64,000 nucleotides of DNA from Alkalispirochaeta sp. (GTDB lineage: Bacteria > Spirochaetota > Spirochaetia > DSM-27196 > Alkalispirochaetaceae): positions 2,784,001 through 2,848,000 of the forward strand of contig OZ271854.1 of NCBI GenBank assembly GCA_965601925.1, in the 5' to 3' direction. This document shows, one piece after another, positions 19,934 through 29,278 of this stretch (its first letter is position 1; the number at the start of each line of letters is the position of its first letter). The position numbers and the translations under genes are program-made. Below the pieces are notes generated by a model that was not told the origin of the DNA, did no database searches, and saw nothing but the letters and a program-made list of their open reading frames with translations.

Positions 19934-21487
19934 GTGTCCGACAGTCGTAGCAACCCTGAGTCATCGGGATTTTTTCAACGTATTTTCGCGAGTCTATTTC
20001 GGGTAGCGGACCCCGAGCGAGAGAAACGCCGGATGTTGAAAAACATCGGGAAAAGCCTCTCCAAGGATCGCTACAAGTTTTACAAGCCGCGTTCGGCGGA
20101 GATACAACCGAACTTCGCGCGTTTTCTGTACGAAATCTACAAGTCAATTTATGCGGTACGCAAGCTCGTGCAGCCCAGCGATACCTCCGGCGCTCTGCGC
20201 ATGGTGGTCATCGAGATAAGTCTCAATCGACAGCAGGCGGAGCTCCGCGATCAACTCGATGAGAAGAGCATTCGAGAACAGGCTCGTACGATGGACGTCA
20301 AGGATGTGGCCGAACACGTCAAAAAAGTCATGATCGACTTTGTCGGAACCTTTGACGCCTCTCGCGTGAAGAAGATCAACGCGTTGTACGGCAATCTCAA
20401 GGCGTTTATCGCGTTTTGCCATTTCGACTTCTACTTCACCCTTAAAAAGTTCGACTCCGCGGTAAGCGAGGATTCCTTCACCTATAAGCCGCGTTTCGAG
20501 ACGATCGACGCCGAGTACGTTCTGGACGACATTCGCGATTTCCTCGAGGTCGCCGCTGCGCTTCCGAGCGATACCGACTGGGATACCCTCTTCGACCTGC
20601 TTTCCAACTATCGCAACGTGGAGGTTGTGGACCGAGCGCAGTGGCAAAAGATAACGCGGACGCTCTTTCAGGTTCTCAATAGCGGCGTGTTGGAACAGGT
20701 CGTCCAACACGCCTCAAGCGATCCGAACTGGCTCTCCTCGTCGAGCACTCAAGGCGGACGGATCGTAGAGCCCTATCTCAATGAGATGCGCAACGGCGTC
20801 GAGAAGACGCTGCAGAAGATCGCCGACGAACGACGTAACAACAAGATCGAACAGCTGGTAAAGCATGTGTTCGGTACGACCGTCGTGGCGAGGACGAAAC
20901 ACTACACTACTAAGGCGAACGTCATGTTCCAAAAGATCGACGCCGCCGGATTTCTCTATACCGACGCGCTCAACTATCTCAAAGCGTATCTGTTGGACTT
21001 TTTCAAGAAGGACGTCCGCGACGTCGTGCAGGACATTCTGATCGTCCGCGGCAAGTGGACGACGCAAATTCAATCGCAGCAGATATCCGATGCGTATCAC
21101 GGCGTGCTGTCTGTCTCGGAGCAGATCATCCGGATCGACGACAATCTTGCCGAGGAGGGAGAGATCGGACAGAAGCTTCGTCGTGCGATGGGACGAGTAG
21201 TCGATCGCGACGCGAGCACGCACAAACTGGTCCGTGACCTTCTGGAGCAGATTAACGGTAACGTGCTGCGCCTTATCAACGAGGGCGCTCAGAATCTCAT
21301 TATCATCGGGAAGAGCCTGAAGAGCCTCATAGATGATGTCGATCGCAAAGAGCACCAGATGATCATCAATTGGAAAGAGCTCGACTTGATGATCGAGGAG
21401 TCGCTCAAGGATCGTATGAGTGCGATGTATCGCCAAATCTACCATCTCGTGCAGCTGTTGCAGGTGTACGCGGGCAAGAAGGGATAG
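19934..21487 (+). CDS. Conserved spirochaete protein (DUF5312-like)
   Basis: 517-aa helical ORF; 'FFQRIF..EREKRRMLKNIGK', 'FDFYFTLKKFD', 'IINWKEL'. Family recognised from memory, not searched. Confidence 0.7.
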   Translation: MSDSRSNPESSGFFQRIFASLFRVADPEREKRRMLKNIGKSLSKDRYKFYKPRSAEIQPNFARFLYEIYKSIYAVRKLVQPSDTSGALRMVVIEISLNRQQAELRDQLDEKSIREQARTMDVKDVAEHVKKVMIDFVGTFDASRVKKINALYGNLKAFIAFCHFDFYFTLKKFDSAVSEDSFTYKPRFETIDAEYVLDDIRDFLEVAAALPSDTDWDTLFDLLSNYRNVEVVDRAQWQKITRTLFQVLNSGVLEQVVQHASSDPNWLSSSSTQGGRIVEPYLNEMRNGVEKTLQKIADERRNNKIEQLVKHVFGTTVVARTKHYTTKANVMFQKIDAAGFLYTDALNYLKAYLLDFFKKDVRDVVQDILIVRGKWTTQIQSQQISDAYHGVLSVSEQIIRIDDNLAEEGEIGQKLRRAMGRVVDRDASTHKLVRDLLEQINGNVLRLINEGAQNLIIIGKSLKSLIDDVDRKEHQMIINWKELDLMIEESLKDRMSAMYRQIYHLVQLLQVYAGKKG

Positions 21488-21491
21488 ACGA

Positions 21492-22010
21492 CTACAGCGC
21501 GCCCTCCAGACGTAGCAATTGCCTCTTGATACGTCGTCCGCGTTCGCCGTCCATGGTGCGTCGCGCATATCCGCCGATGTCGCCGCTGGAGGTAATGATA
21601 CGGTGGCACGGGACGACGATGACGACCGGATTCATACCGACGGCATTTCCCACCGCCTGGGCCGCATCACGGCGGCCGATTTTTTGCGCCAGGGTCGCGT
21701 AGCTCATCGTCGACCCGTAACTGATCTTGCGCATCCGGTTCCATACGGCGCGCTGAAAACTCGTTCCTTCGAAAAATACGTCCAGTGAGAAGTGTAGGCT
21801 TTCTCCGGCAAAGTACTCATCGAGTTGATACTCGAGCTCTCCGCAGGCGTACTTGTTGATCTCCCATGAACCCGGATGAAGCTGGTCGAGGAAGTCGGCA
21901 TAACTCACCCGGTGTACCACGCCCGCGCGGTCTACGCCGAGGTACAGCGTCCCGACCGGCGACTCGTAGCGGTGTGTATAGAGGTACTCCACGGACCGAT
22001 ATGGTAGCAT
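21492..22010 (-). CDS. ogt: Methylated-DNA--protein-cysteine methyltransferase
   Basis: 'GTSFQRAVW', 'AVGNAVGMNP', active-site 'VPCHRI'. Confidence 0.93.
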   Translation of the reverse strand: MLPYRSVEYLYTHRYESPVGTLYLGVDRAGVVHRVSYADFLDQLHPGSWEINKYACGELEYQLDEYFAGESLHFSLDVFFEGTSFQRAVWNRMRKISYGSTMSYATLAQKIGRRDAAQAVGNAVGMNPVVIVVPCHRIITSSGDIGGYARRTMDGERGRRIKRQLLRLEGAL

Positions 22011-22207
22011 TGCGTTTCACGCCCGATCAAGAACGGTGGAGGAGGCGATTCGTCTCGTCGTCGAGTACCGCAAGACCGCCCCGGCACGGTCTCTCTCATG
22101 ATGCGCTCAGCCGGATGATGCTCTGCGCGTACGGGACGTCCTGCGAATGATTGACGCCGTCGATCGGCGATGCTTTACGGTCGAGCGTGCGCCGCATGTC
22201 GCGTTCG

Positions 22208-23353
22208 TTACCGATGAGAGGAACTCGGTGCGACACTCTCCGTCGAGACGTCCTCAACCGTATTGCGGATGAGCTCCTTGAGCTCGTTGATACCGGTTCC
22301 GTTTCGCGCAGAGGTGTGCACCACCGGTACCTCCGGGCGGTCCAAATCGATGAGCTCGGCTCCGGCGGCGAGCTCGCCCGCTCGATCCATCTTATTTACG
22401 ACCAAAAGGTGCGGGACGCTGTCGGCGCCGATGGAAGAGAGTACTCCACGGGTGACGCGAAGGTGCTCAGGAGCTTCGGGATCGGCGGCGTCGACGACGA
22501 TGAGAAGCAGATTCGCGTCGACGACTTCCTCCAGAGTCGAGTGAAATGCCTCGACCAACTCCGGCGGTAAGCGACGCACGAAGCCGACGGTGTCGCTCAA
22601 GAGAACCGTCGTTTCCGGAGAGAGGTAGAGGCGGCGGGTTGCCGGATCCAGGGTTGCGAAGAGTTGGTCGGCAACGTGTACCTCCGTCGCGGTGAGGGCG
22701 TTCATCAGCGACGACTTGCCGGCGTTGGTGTAGCCTACGAGGGCGACGCGAAAAAGACCGTCACGTCCTTTGCGCCGCAGCGACCGTTGGCGGCCGACAT
22801 GTGCGAGGGCGCGCTTAGCACGCCGGACTCGGCGTGCAAGCTGGCGGCGGTCCATTTCGATCTGCGTTTCGCCCTCGCCGCGCGCCAAGCGGCTGCCGCC
22901 CCCTTGCCGCGAGAGATGCTGCCACATTCCCACCAGATGCGACTGTGCGTACTGAGCGCGCGCAAGCTCGACCTGGAGCTGCGCCTCTCGACTCCGCGCA
23001 CGACGGGAAAAGATCTCGAGGATTATCGCGTGGCGGTCGTAGATCTCCAGTTGCGATATGCGCGCCCAATTGCGCAGCTGCACCGGAGAGAGGGGAAGAT
23101 CGAATACGATGATACCGGCCCGCTGCTCGTGCGCGTTCCTGACGGTGCGGTCTACCTGTCCCGAGCCCAGATATGTCGACGAGCGGGGGGAACGAACGCG
23201 TACTACCTCCGAGCCCACGGGGAGAAGTCCGGCGGCGAGGCAGAGAAACTCCAGCTCCTTCAGACTCGCCTCGACCGCGAGGCGATTCTCGAGTGAGAAG
23301 GGACCGATGAGATAACAACGATTGTCGGATGCGGACGTGTCGTGTAGGCTCAA
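22208..23353 (-). CDS. hflX: GTPase HflX
   Basis: 'LSPVQLRN', 'EAQLQVELA', 'GEGETQIE', G1 'GYTNAGKS', 'LFATLD', 'DTVGF', 'NKMD'. Confidence 0.95.
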   Translation of the reverse strand: MSLHDTSASDNRCYLIGPFSLENRLAVEASLKELEFLCLAAGLLPVGSEVVRVRSPRSSTYLGSGQVDRTVRNAHEQRAGIIVFDLPLSPVQLRNWARISQLEIYDRHAIILEIFSRRARSREAQLQVELARAQYAQSHLVGMWQHLSRQGGGSRLARGEGETQIEMDRRQLARRVRRAKRALAHVGRQRSLRRKGRDGLFRVALVGYTNAGKSSLMNALTATEVHVADQLFATLDPATRRLYLSPETTVLLSDTVGFVRRLPPELVEAFHSTLEEVVDANLLLIVVDAADPEAPEHLRVTRGVLSSIGADSVPHLLVVNKMDRAGELAAGAELIDLDRPEVPVVHTSARNGTGINELKELIRNTVEDVSTESVAPSSSHR

Positions 23354-23435
23354 TGATTCTCTTCGATCGTGCGGCGAGTCCCCGACGCCGATCGATCGAC
23401 GTCGGGGAAAAGCCGTCGTATGGTGCTTCGGCGCA

Positions 23436-24200
23436 TTACAGGATCATCGCCGACCGACCCCAGTCGTAGTGGTCGCGGCGAATCGCGTCCAGATCGGGCA
23501 TCGGATAGAAAAGCATCTTTTTGCCGTCACCGGCGTACAACCCGTCGCGAATGATCTGATACGAGAACGAACTTACCGAACGCTCCACGTTTTTGTTCGG
23601 CTTGTCGGGTTTGGTCGTCACGTCCCGTACGCACGCCTTGAGATGCTCGAGGTTTCGATCGTACGTCGCGCCGATGTTTCCCGTCTTCGTCTCGTCCTCA
23701 AAGTCGACTACTTTGAGATCGCTGAAGATCACCGTCGGTACGGAAACGTGGTTGGACGGATCGGTCATGAAGCCGGCGAACTCCGTCGGCGGAAGGGCGC
23801 TCACTACCAACGGCGTAAGGGGAGCCAACTCTTGATAGACGTAAAAGGGTCGCTTCTCTTGAGGGACCATCTCCGTGCGCTCCAAAGAGAGCGACCGGCC
23901 GTCTTTCGTGGTGAGATACATCCGTCCCATCGCCTCCAACGGAACGTGTTCCACGACGCGGTAGACGCTCATCCATACCGAATGCTTGGGCTCGCCGTCG
24001 GGGTGTGCGACGCATTGTTTTGCCGCATAATCCCAATCAAAGTAGTCGCCGAATCCACCTTCGAGTTCCATGAACATGATCCGCTCGTAGGACCCGTTTT
24101 TCGATCCGATCGCCATATACGTGCCGAACTGCTCCGGTTCGAGTTGGGACGCGATAAGCGCTTCGATTGGAGAAAACGACAGATAAAAGTGAGTTTGCAT
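23436..24200 (-). CDS. Hypothetical protein with two-fold internal repeat
   Basis: 254-aa ORF with GAGG RBS; no catalytic motif recognised. Confidence 0.75.
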   Translation of the reverse strand: MQTHFYLSFSPIEALIASQLEPEQFGTYMAIGSKNGSYERIMFMELEGGFGDYFDWDYAAKQCVAHPDGEPKHSVWMSVYRVVEHVPLEAMGRMYLTTKDGRSLSLERTEMVPQEKRPFYVYQELAPLTPLVVSALPPTEFAGFMTDPSNHVSVPTVIFSDLKVVDFEDETKTGNIGATYDRNLEHLKACVRDVTTKPDKPNKNVERSVSSFSYQIIRDGLYAGDGKKMLFYPMPDLDAIRRDHYDWGRSAMIL

Positions 24201-24319
24201 TGTCGCGGTTACCTCTTGGTCCCATCGTATGGCATGGTCGATGGGTTTGTAAAGTTTGACCTTTTCTCGACGCGGAGACGCCGCTGCATCATACGACCGT
24301 TCTCGTGTATCATAACCGG

Positions 24320-24523
24320 GTGAACCGAAACGGTAGCGGCGCCGGAGCGGCGCCCAACTGTCTGCAGTGTAAGCACTTCACCGTGACGTGGAATCCCCGC
24401 TATCCTCGGGGTTGCGCCGTGTTCGGTATCAAAACCGCTCGGCTACCGAGCCTCGTCGTCTTTGAAAATACCGGACGACACTGTCCCGCGTTCGATCCGA
24501 CCCCGGCGCACCGCCGGTCATAG
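24320..24523 (+). CDS. Small four-Cys (probable metal-binding) protein
   Basis: 'NCLQCKHFTVTW..PRGC..FGIK..LPS..V...TG..CPAF'; TATCAT 6 nt before GTG. Confidence 0.75.
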   Translation: MNRNGSGAGAAPNCLQCKHFTVTWNPRYPRGCAVFGIKTARLPSLVVFENTGRHCPAFDPTPAHRRS

Positions 24524-24541
24524 CGCCTGTCCTTCGTGCGC

Positions 24542-25504
24542 TCACCGACGATAGGCGTTCCAACTCGTCTCGACCAACGTATCCAGGTCGCTGAAGCGGG
24601 CGCTCCATCCGAGGGTGGAGCGCGCCTCGGCCGCGGTCGCCACCAACTTGGCGGGGTCGCCCGGGCGCCTCGAGGTGATCTCCGCGGGGATAGCGCGACC
24701 GCTGATTCGTCGCGCCGCCTCCACGATTTCTAAGACGCTCAAACCCACCTCGCTTCCGAGATTGACGACGAGGGAAGTATCGTTCGTATCGATGTGCCTG
24801 AGCGCCGCGACGTGGGCGGCGGCCAGATCGGTGACGTGGATGTAGTCACGCACCCCGGTGCCGTCCTGGGTCTGGTAGTCGTCGCCGAAAATCAGGAGCT
24901 TGTCGCGCATTCCCGCGGCTACCTCCATGATGACCGGTAGCAGGTTGGCCGGATTCTGCTCGAGGCCCTTGACGCGACCCTGGGGATCGTACCCCGCAGC
25001 GTTGAAGTACCGCAGCGCCGCGTAGCGTATCCCTTTGAGGCGGTCGTACCACTCCATGACGCGCTCGATTTCGAGCTTGGAGAAACCGTAAAAGTTCTCG
25101 GGGCGCGTCGGGTGCGCCTCGTCGATGGGCAGGTACTCCGGCTCGCCGTAGACCGCTGCGCTGGATGAGAAGACCAGGCGCGTGATGCCCGCCTCGGCCG
25201 CGGTATTGAGAATGTTGATCGTGCCGTTGATGTTGTTGATCGCATACTTTTCCGGACGGATCATCGATTCGCCGGCGGCCTTGAAGGCGGCCAAATGCAC
25301 GATTGCGTCGTGACCGGCCATCGCCGAACGCAGCTGGTCCGTCTGCAGAATGTCGCCGTGCACGAACTGCGCTCCACTCTGGAGATTGATCCGCAACCCG
25401 CTTGCGAGGTTATCGAATACCGTTACCGAGTACGCTGCGTCGAGGAGCTCGCGTACTACATGACTGCCGATGTACCCGGCGCCGCCGATGACCAATACGT
25501 TCAC
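24542..25504 (-). CDS. galE: UDP-glucose 4-epimerase
   Basis: 'GGAGYIGSH', 'FSSSAAVYG', YxxxK 'YGFSK', 'LRYFN', 'DGTGVRDYIHV', 'RRPGDP'. Confidence 0.96.
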   Translation of the reverse strand: MNVLVIGGAGYIGSHVVRELLDAAYSVTVFDNLASGLRINLQSGAQFVHGDILQTDQLRSAMAGHDAIVHLAAFKAAGESMIRPEKYAINNINGTINILNTAAEAGITRLVFSSSAAVYGEPEYLPIDEAHPTRPENFYGFSKLEIERVMEWYDRLKGIRYAALRYFNAAGYDPQGRVKGLEQNPANLLPVIMEVAAGMRDKLLIFGDDYQTQDGTGVRDYIHVTDLAAAHVAALRHIDTNDTSLVVNLGSEVGLSVLEIVEAARRISGRAIPAEITSRRPGDPAKLVATAAEARSTLGWSARFSDLDTLVETSWNAYRR

Positions 25505-25756
25505 AAAGACGGAGCCTATTCCCTCTCTCGCCGACGGTCAAGCGGTGCGGCGCGCTCTCGAAGGCGTGTGTATAGACGTGTTGCGGCCGGGCAGCCGTGT
25601 CCCCGAACTCAGCAGACGCATGCGTCTGAGGTCGCGCGGTGCCACGGCCGCCCGGCCCGGGCCGGTGTCACCCACGCTCGGGCGCGCTTGGTAGGCGCGC
25701 CGGCACCTTGGACGCATCGTGCGGTGATGGGTTAGCATACGGGCCAAGGAGCTCTC

Positions 25757-27073
25757 ATGGACTTTGACTTTTCGATTCCGACCCTCGGCACGCCCAAAAT
25801 CTCCTCTCCGATTCCCTACTCTCACGTCCGAGGTGATGATATCGCCAACTACGTGGACGATCGCGAGCGGGTACTCTACGACGTCGATATTCCGAATCCC
25901 GAAGCGGCCGCGGAGATCGGCAACGGGCTCCTAGAAAAGGCGGGGCCGCGCCACAAGATCTACTTTTCACCGGGGCACGTACACGCGGGAATCATCACCT
26001 GCGGCGGGCTATGCCCGGGATTGAACGACGTGCTGCGCGCCGTGACGCGATGTCTGTGGTATCGTTACGGTGTACGGCGCATCTCCGGCATCCGTTTCGG
26101 GTACTCCGGACTGCTCCCCGAGACGGCGGGCCCCACGATGGAACTCACTCCCGATGTAGTCGACGACATTCATAAGATCGGCGGAACGGTGCTCGGATCC
26201 AGTCGGGGAGGCGGAAACCGCACGGAGGATATCGTCGACTCTATCGAACGTCTCAACGTAAACGTGCTCTTTACGATCGGCGGCGACGGAACGCAAAAGG
26301 GGGCGTTGGCCATCGCGCACGAGATCGAGCGTCGGGGCCTCAAGATCGCCGTAATCGGCATACCCAAAACGATCGACAACGACTTCAGCTTCATCGAACG
26401 ATCGTTCGGGTTCGAGACGGCCGTTTCCGAGGCGACCCGCGTCGTCGCGGCCGCGCACACCGAGGCGAAATCGGCGGCCAACGGTATCGGATTGGTGAAG
26501 TTGATGGGACGGGAGAGCGGTTTTATCGCCGCCCACACCGCGTTGGCCAGCCACGAGGCCAACTTCGTGCTGATACCCGAAGTCCCATTCGAGTTGGACG
26601 GCGAAAAGGGCGTCTTCGCGCTTCTGGAGCAACGCCTCGAACGGCGCAATCACGCCGTCATTATCGTTGCGGAGGGGGCGGGACAGACGCTTTTACCGAA
26701 CAGCGACGACACGGACGCGAGCGGAAACAGGAGGCTTGCCGATATCGGCCTCTTTCTCAAACAGGCCATTAGCGATCACTTCACGGCACGCGGAGTGCCG
26801 TTCAGCTTGAAATACATCGATCCGAGTTACATCATCCGCAGCGCCGTCGCCGTTCCGACCGATAGCGTCTATTGCTCGCGATTGGGCAACAACGCCGTTC
26901 ACGCCGCCATGGCCGGGAAGACTCGAATGATCGTAGGGCTCGTCAACGACCATTTCGTCCATATCCCTATGGCCGTCGCCGTATCGCAACGCAAAAAGGT
27001 CGAGCCTGAGGGTAATTTGTGGCGCGACGTGCTTGAGAGCACGCATCAGCCGATCAGGATGTGCGATTGTTGA
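25757..27073 (+). CDS. pfkA: ATP-dependent 6-phosphofructokinase (spirochaete/trypanosomatid/plant type)
   Basis: '[10 protein letters not shown]', 'GGDG' (Gly, ATP-type), 'PKTIDND', 'MGRESG', 'KYIDPSY'. Confidence 0.93.
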   Translation: MDFDFSIPTLGTPKISSPIPYSHVRGDDIANYVDDRERVLYDVDIPNPEAAAEIGNGLLEKAGPRHKIYFSPGHVHAGIITCGGLCPGLNDVLRAVTRCLWYRYGVRRISGIRFGYSGLLPETAGPTMELTPDVVDDIHKIGGTVLGSSRGGGNRTEDIVDSIERLNVNVLFTIGGDGTQKGALAIAHEIERRGLKIAVIGIPKTIDNDFSFIERSFGFETAVSEATRVVAAAHTEAKSAANGIGLVKLMGRESGFIAAHTALASHEANFVLIPEVPFELDGEKGVFALLEQRLERRNHAVIIVAEGAGQTLLPNSDDTDASGNRRLADIGLFLKQAISDHFTARGVPFSLKYIDPSYIIRSAVAVPTDSVYCSRLGNNAVHAAMAGKTRMIVGLVNDHFVHIPMAVAVSQRKKVEPEGNLWRDVLESTHQPIRMCDC

Positions 27074-27159
27074 GACGAAAAAAACTTCGCCGATAGAGCG
27101 TTCAATGCGATACGACGCGGGCGTGGTTGATATGCGGTACCGGTGGTTTCATCGGCACG

Positions 27160-27190
27160 AAAAAAGGCCGGTACTCACTACCGACCTTTT
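27160..27190. terminator. Bidirectional-type intrinsic terminator
   Basis: AAAAAAGGCCGGTA-CTCAC-TACCGACCTTTT; the minus-strand form has a G-U pair and a U6 tail. Confidence 0.8.
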
Positions 27191-27380
27191 GGACTAACAC
27201 TTGTGTCCCACTACCGACGCGGTAGCGGTCGTAATCCTCGAAGAGTGCCGCATTGCGGCCGAAAGGGTTGAAAAACGTGCCGATCGATAGGTCGGTCCCA
27301 TCGACCGGCTTCTACCATCCGGCGGAATTTCTTCCACGACAGACCTCCACGATCGCTCCGTTTGAGCGATCATCTTATTA
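27160..27380 (-). ncRNA. Candidate structured small RNA (or mRNA of a 47-aa ORF at 27337-27194)
   Basis: Own promoter TTGACA(27411-27406)-17-AATATT with TG extension, several hairpins and a terminator; no long ORF. Confidence 0.45.
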
Positions 27381-27472
27381 CCAATATTGCACCCGACGAC
27401 CGGTTTGTCAAACGCTCCGGCGATCTTTTTTTTGGATCAAAGCGTCCGTCGCCCACTCTTCGCGGGGCTCGG

Positions 27473-29050
27473 TTATACGACTCCAAGGAGCTTGGCGTAG
27501 GCGACCAGCTCGGCGCCGGGTTTGCCCGAGAGGAGCTCTTTGGTAAGGATTTTCCCCAACTGCACACCCTCCTGATCGAAGCTGTTGATGTTCCACGCGA
27601 AGCCCTGAAACATGACTTTGTTTTCGAAGTGGGATAGGAGCGCTCCCAACGCCTCGGGCGTCAGTCGGTCTCCGACGATCAGTGTCGACGGGCGCCCGCC
27701 GGCAAAACGTTTGTTAGCGTTTTCGTGGTCGCGGCCCATGGCAAAGGCGACGATCTGGGCCGCAAGATTGGCGTTGAGCTTTGTCTGGCTGGTGGAGTTG
27801 TCGAACTCGGTATCGCTACCGATCTGCGACGAACGAAACCCGATAAACTGAAGAGGCACGACATCGGTGCCCTGATGGAGAAGCTGATAAAAGCTGTGCT
27901 GTCCGTTGGTGCCCGGCTCGCCGAACACGACCGGGCCGGTCGCGTAGTCGATCGGTTCGCCGTTACGGTTAACACTCTTGCCGTTGGATTCCATATCGAG
28001 CTGTTGCAGGTGCGCGGGAAAGCGGCTCAACGCCTGGCTGTACGGAAGCACCGCCGTGGCGGGCAAACCCAGGACGTTGCGTTCGTATACTCCGATCATG
28101 GCGTCCAAAAGGGCGGCGTTGTTGCGGATGTTCGGTTCCAATGCGCGGCGATCGGCCTCGTGGGCTCCGTCGAGTAGTCGGGCGAATACCTCGGGACCGA
28201 AGGCGAGGGAGAGCACCACGCCGCCGACCGCGCTGGTAGCCGAGTAACGTCCACCGATGAAGTCGTCGATGAAGAACGCCTCGCGATAGGTCCCTGCGGT
28301 CGCCATCGGACTCGTCTCGGATGTAACGGCCACCGTCTGCGCCAGAATGTCCAGTCCGGGGCTCCGCTGTGCGGCCAACTCGCGTACGAATTGTTCGTTG
28401 GTGAGAGTCTCCTGCGTCGTGCCGCTCTTGCTCACAACGATAAACAGCGTTGTCGCGAAGTCGATATCGGCGAGTACCGCCGCCGCATCGTCGGGATCGA
28501 CGTTAGAGACGAAGCGCGCCTCGATCACGGGACGTACCCCGGCGGCGACGGCCCAATCCTTGAGGGCGAGATACAACGCCCGAGGCCCCAGGTCCGAACC
28601 GCCGATGCCGATCTGTACGACCGTACGAAACGGCATTCCGCCGCCGGCCGTTTCGCGCCCCTCGCGCACCCTACGCGCGAACTGTGCGACCCGCTGCTGT
28701 TCCGCGGAGTAGAACGAACGCTGATTCCGACCGTCGTACTCAACGTCCCGCCCCAGCTGTCCGCGCAAAAGGTGATGAAGAACGAGACGTCCTTCTCCGG
28801 TGTTCATCACCTCGCCCTCGGCGAGGGACCGGTATTTGTCGATGAGTTGTTGCTCGCCGGCCGTCGCCGCCAAGGCGTCGATTATCTCGTCGCCGACCGG
28901 GCTAGTTGCGTATGCAAAGCTCAAGCCGGCGGCGGAGTCGTTCCGCAGCGTTGCGATGCGATCTTCGGTAAGGCCGGTTACGTCGAACGGCGCGATCTTT
29001 TTGAGCGCCGCAAATGTCCGTGTAGCGGTAAGATTCTCGAATTTGAGCAT
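27473..29050 (-). CDS. pgi: Glucose-6-phosphate isomerase
   Basis: 'IGIGGSDLGP', 'SKSGTTQET', 'GGRYS', 'QQLDMESNGK', 'GTNGQHSFYQ', 'FDQEGVQLGK'; GGAGG before ATG 29050. Confidence 0.97.
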   Translation of the reverse strand: MLKFENLTATRTFAALKKIAPFDVTGLTEDRIATLRNDSAAGLSFAYATSPVGDEIIDALAATAGEQQLIDKYRSLAEGEVMNTGEGRLVLHHLLRGQLGRDVEYDGRNQRSFYSAEQQRVAQFARRVREGRETAGGGMPFRTVVQIGIGGSDLGPRALYLALKDWAVAAGVRPVIEARFVSNVDPDDAAAVLADIDFATTLFIVVSKSGTTQETLTNEQFVRELAAQRSPGLDILAQTVAVTSETSPMATAGTYREAFFIDDFIGGRYSATSAVGGVVLSLAFGPEVFARLLDGAHEADRRALEPNIRNNAALLDAMIGVYERNVLGLPATAVLPYSQALSRFPAHLQQLDMESNGKSVNRNGEPIDYATGPVVFGEPGTNGQHSFYQLLHQGTDVVPLQFIGFRSSQIGSDTEFDNSTSQTKLNANLAAQIVAFAMGRDHENANKRFAGGRPSTLIVGDRLTPEALGALLSHFENKVMFQGFAWNINSFDQEGVQLGKILTKELLSGKPGAELVAYAKLLGVV

Positions 29051-29278
29051 TGGAGCCTCCACGGCTTCAGCATATCGGGAGGAGCGGCGTACGGCAACGT
29101 CCGCCTCGGACACCGCGGGTGACATCGCATCCGCTAGGACGCGCGAATCGAGTCCGTCACCGCACCGCCGACGAATTCTGCTTCCCGCGAATACATCGCC
29201 GTACGACGCACGACGTCGGCGGTCCTGCCGTAACTAAATCGGTTTACATACGTGTGCGGCGGCGCTACACTGCGCGTT

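Noticed and set aside
25757..27073. PPi-dependent PFK
   Set aside because: The motif is GGDG rather than GGDD, indicating ATP dependence, which is an already known type.
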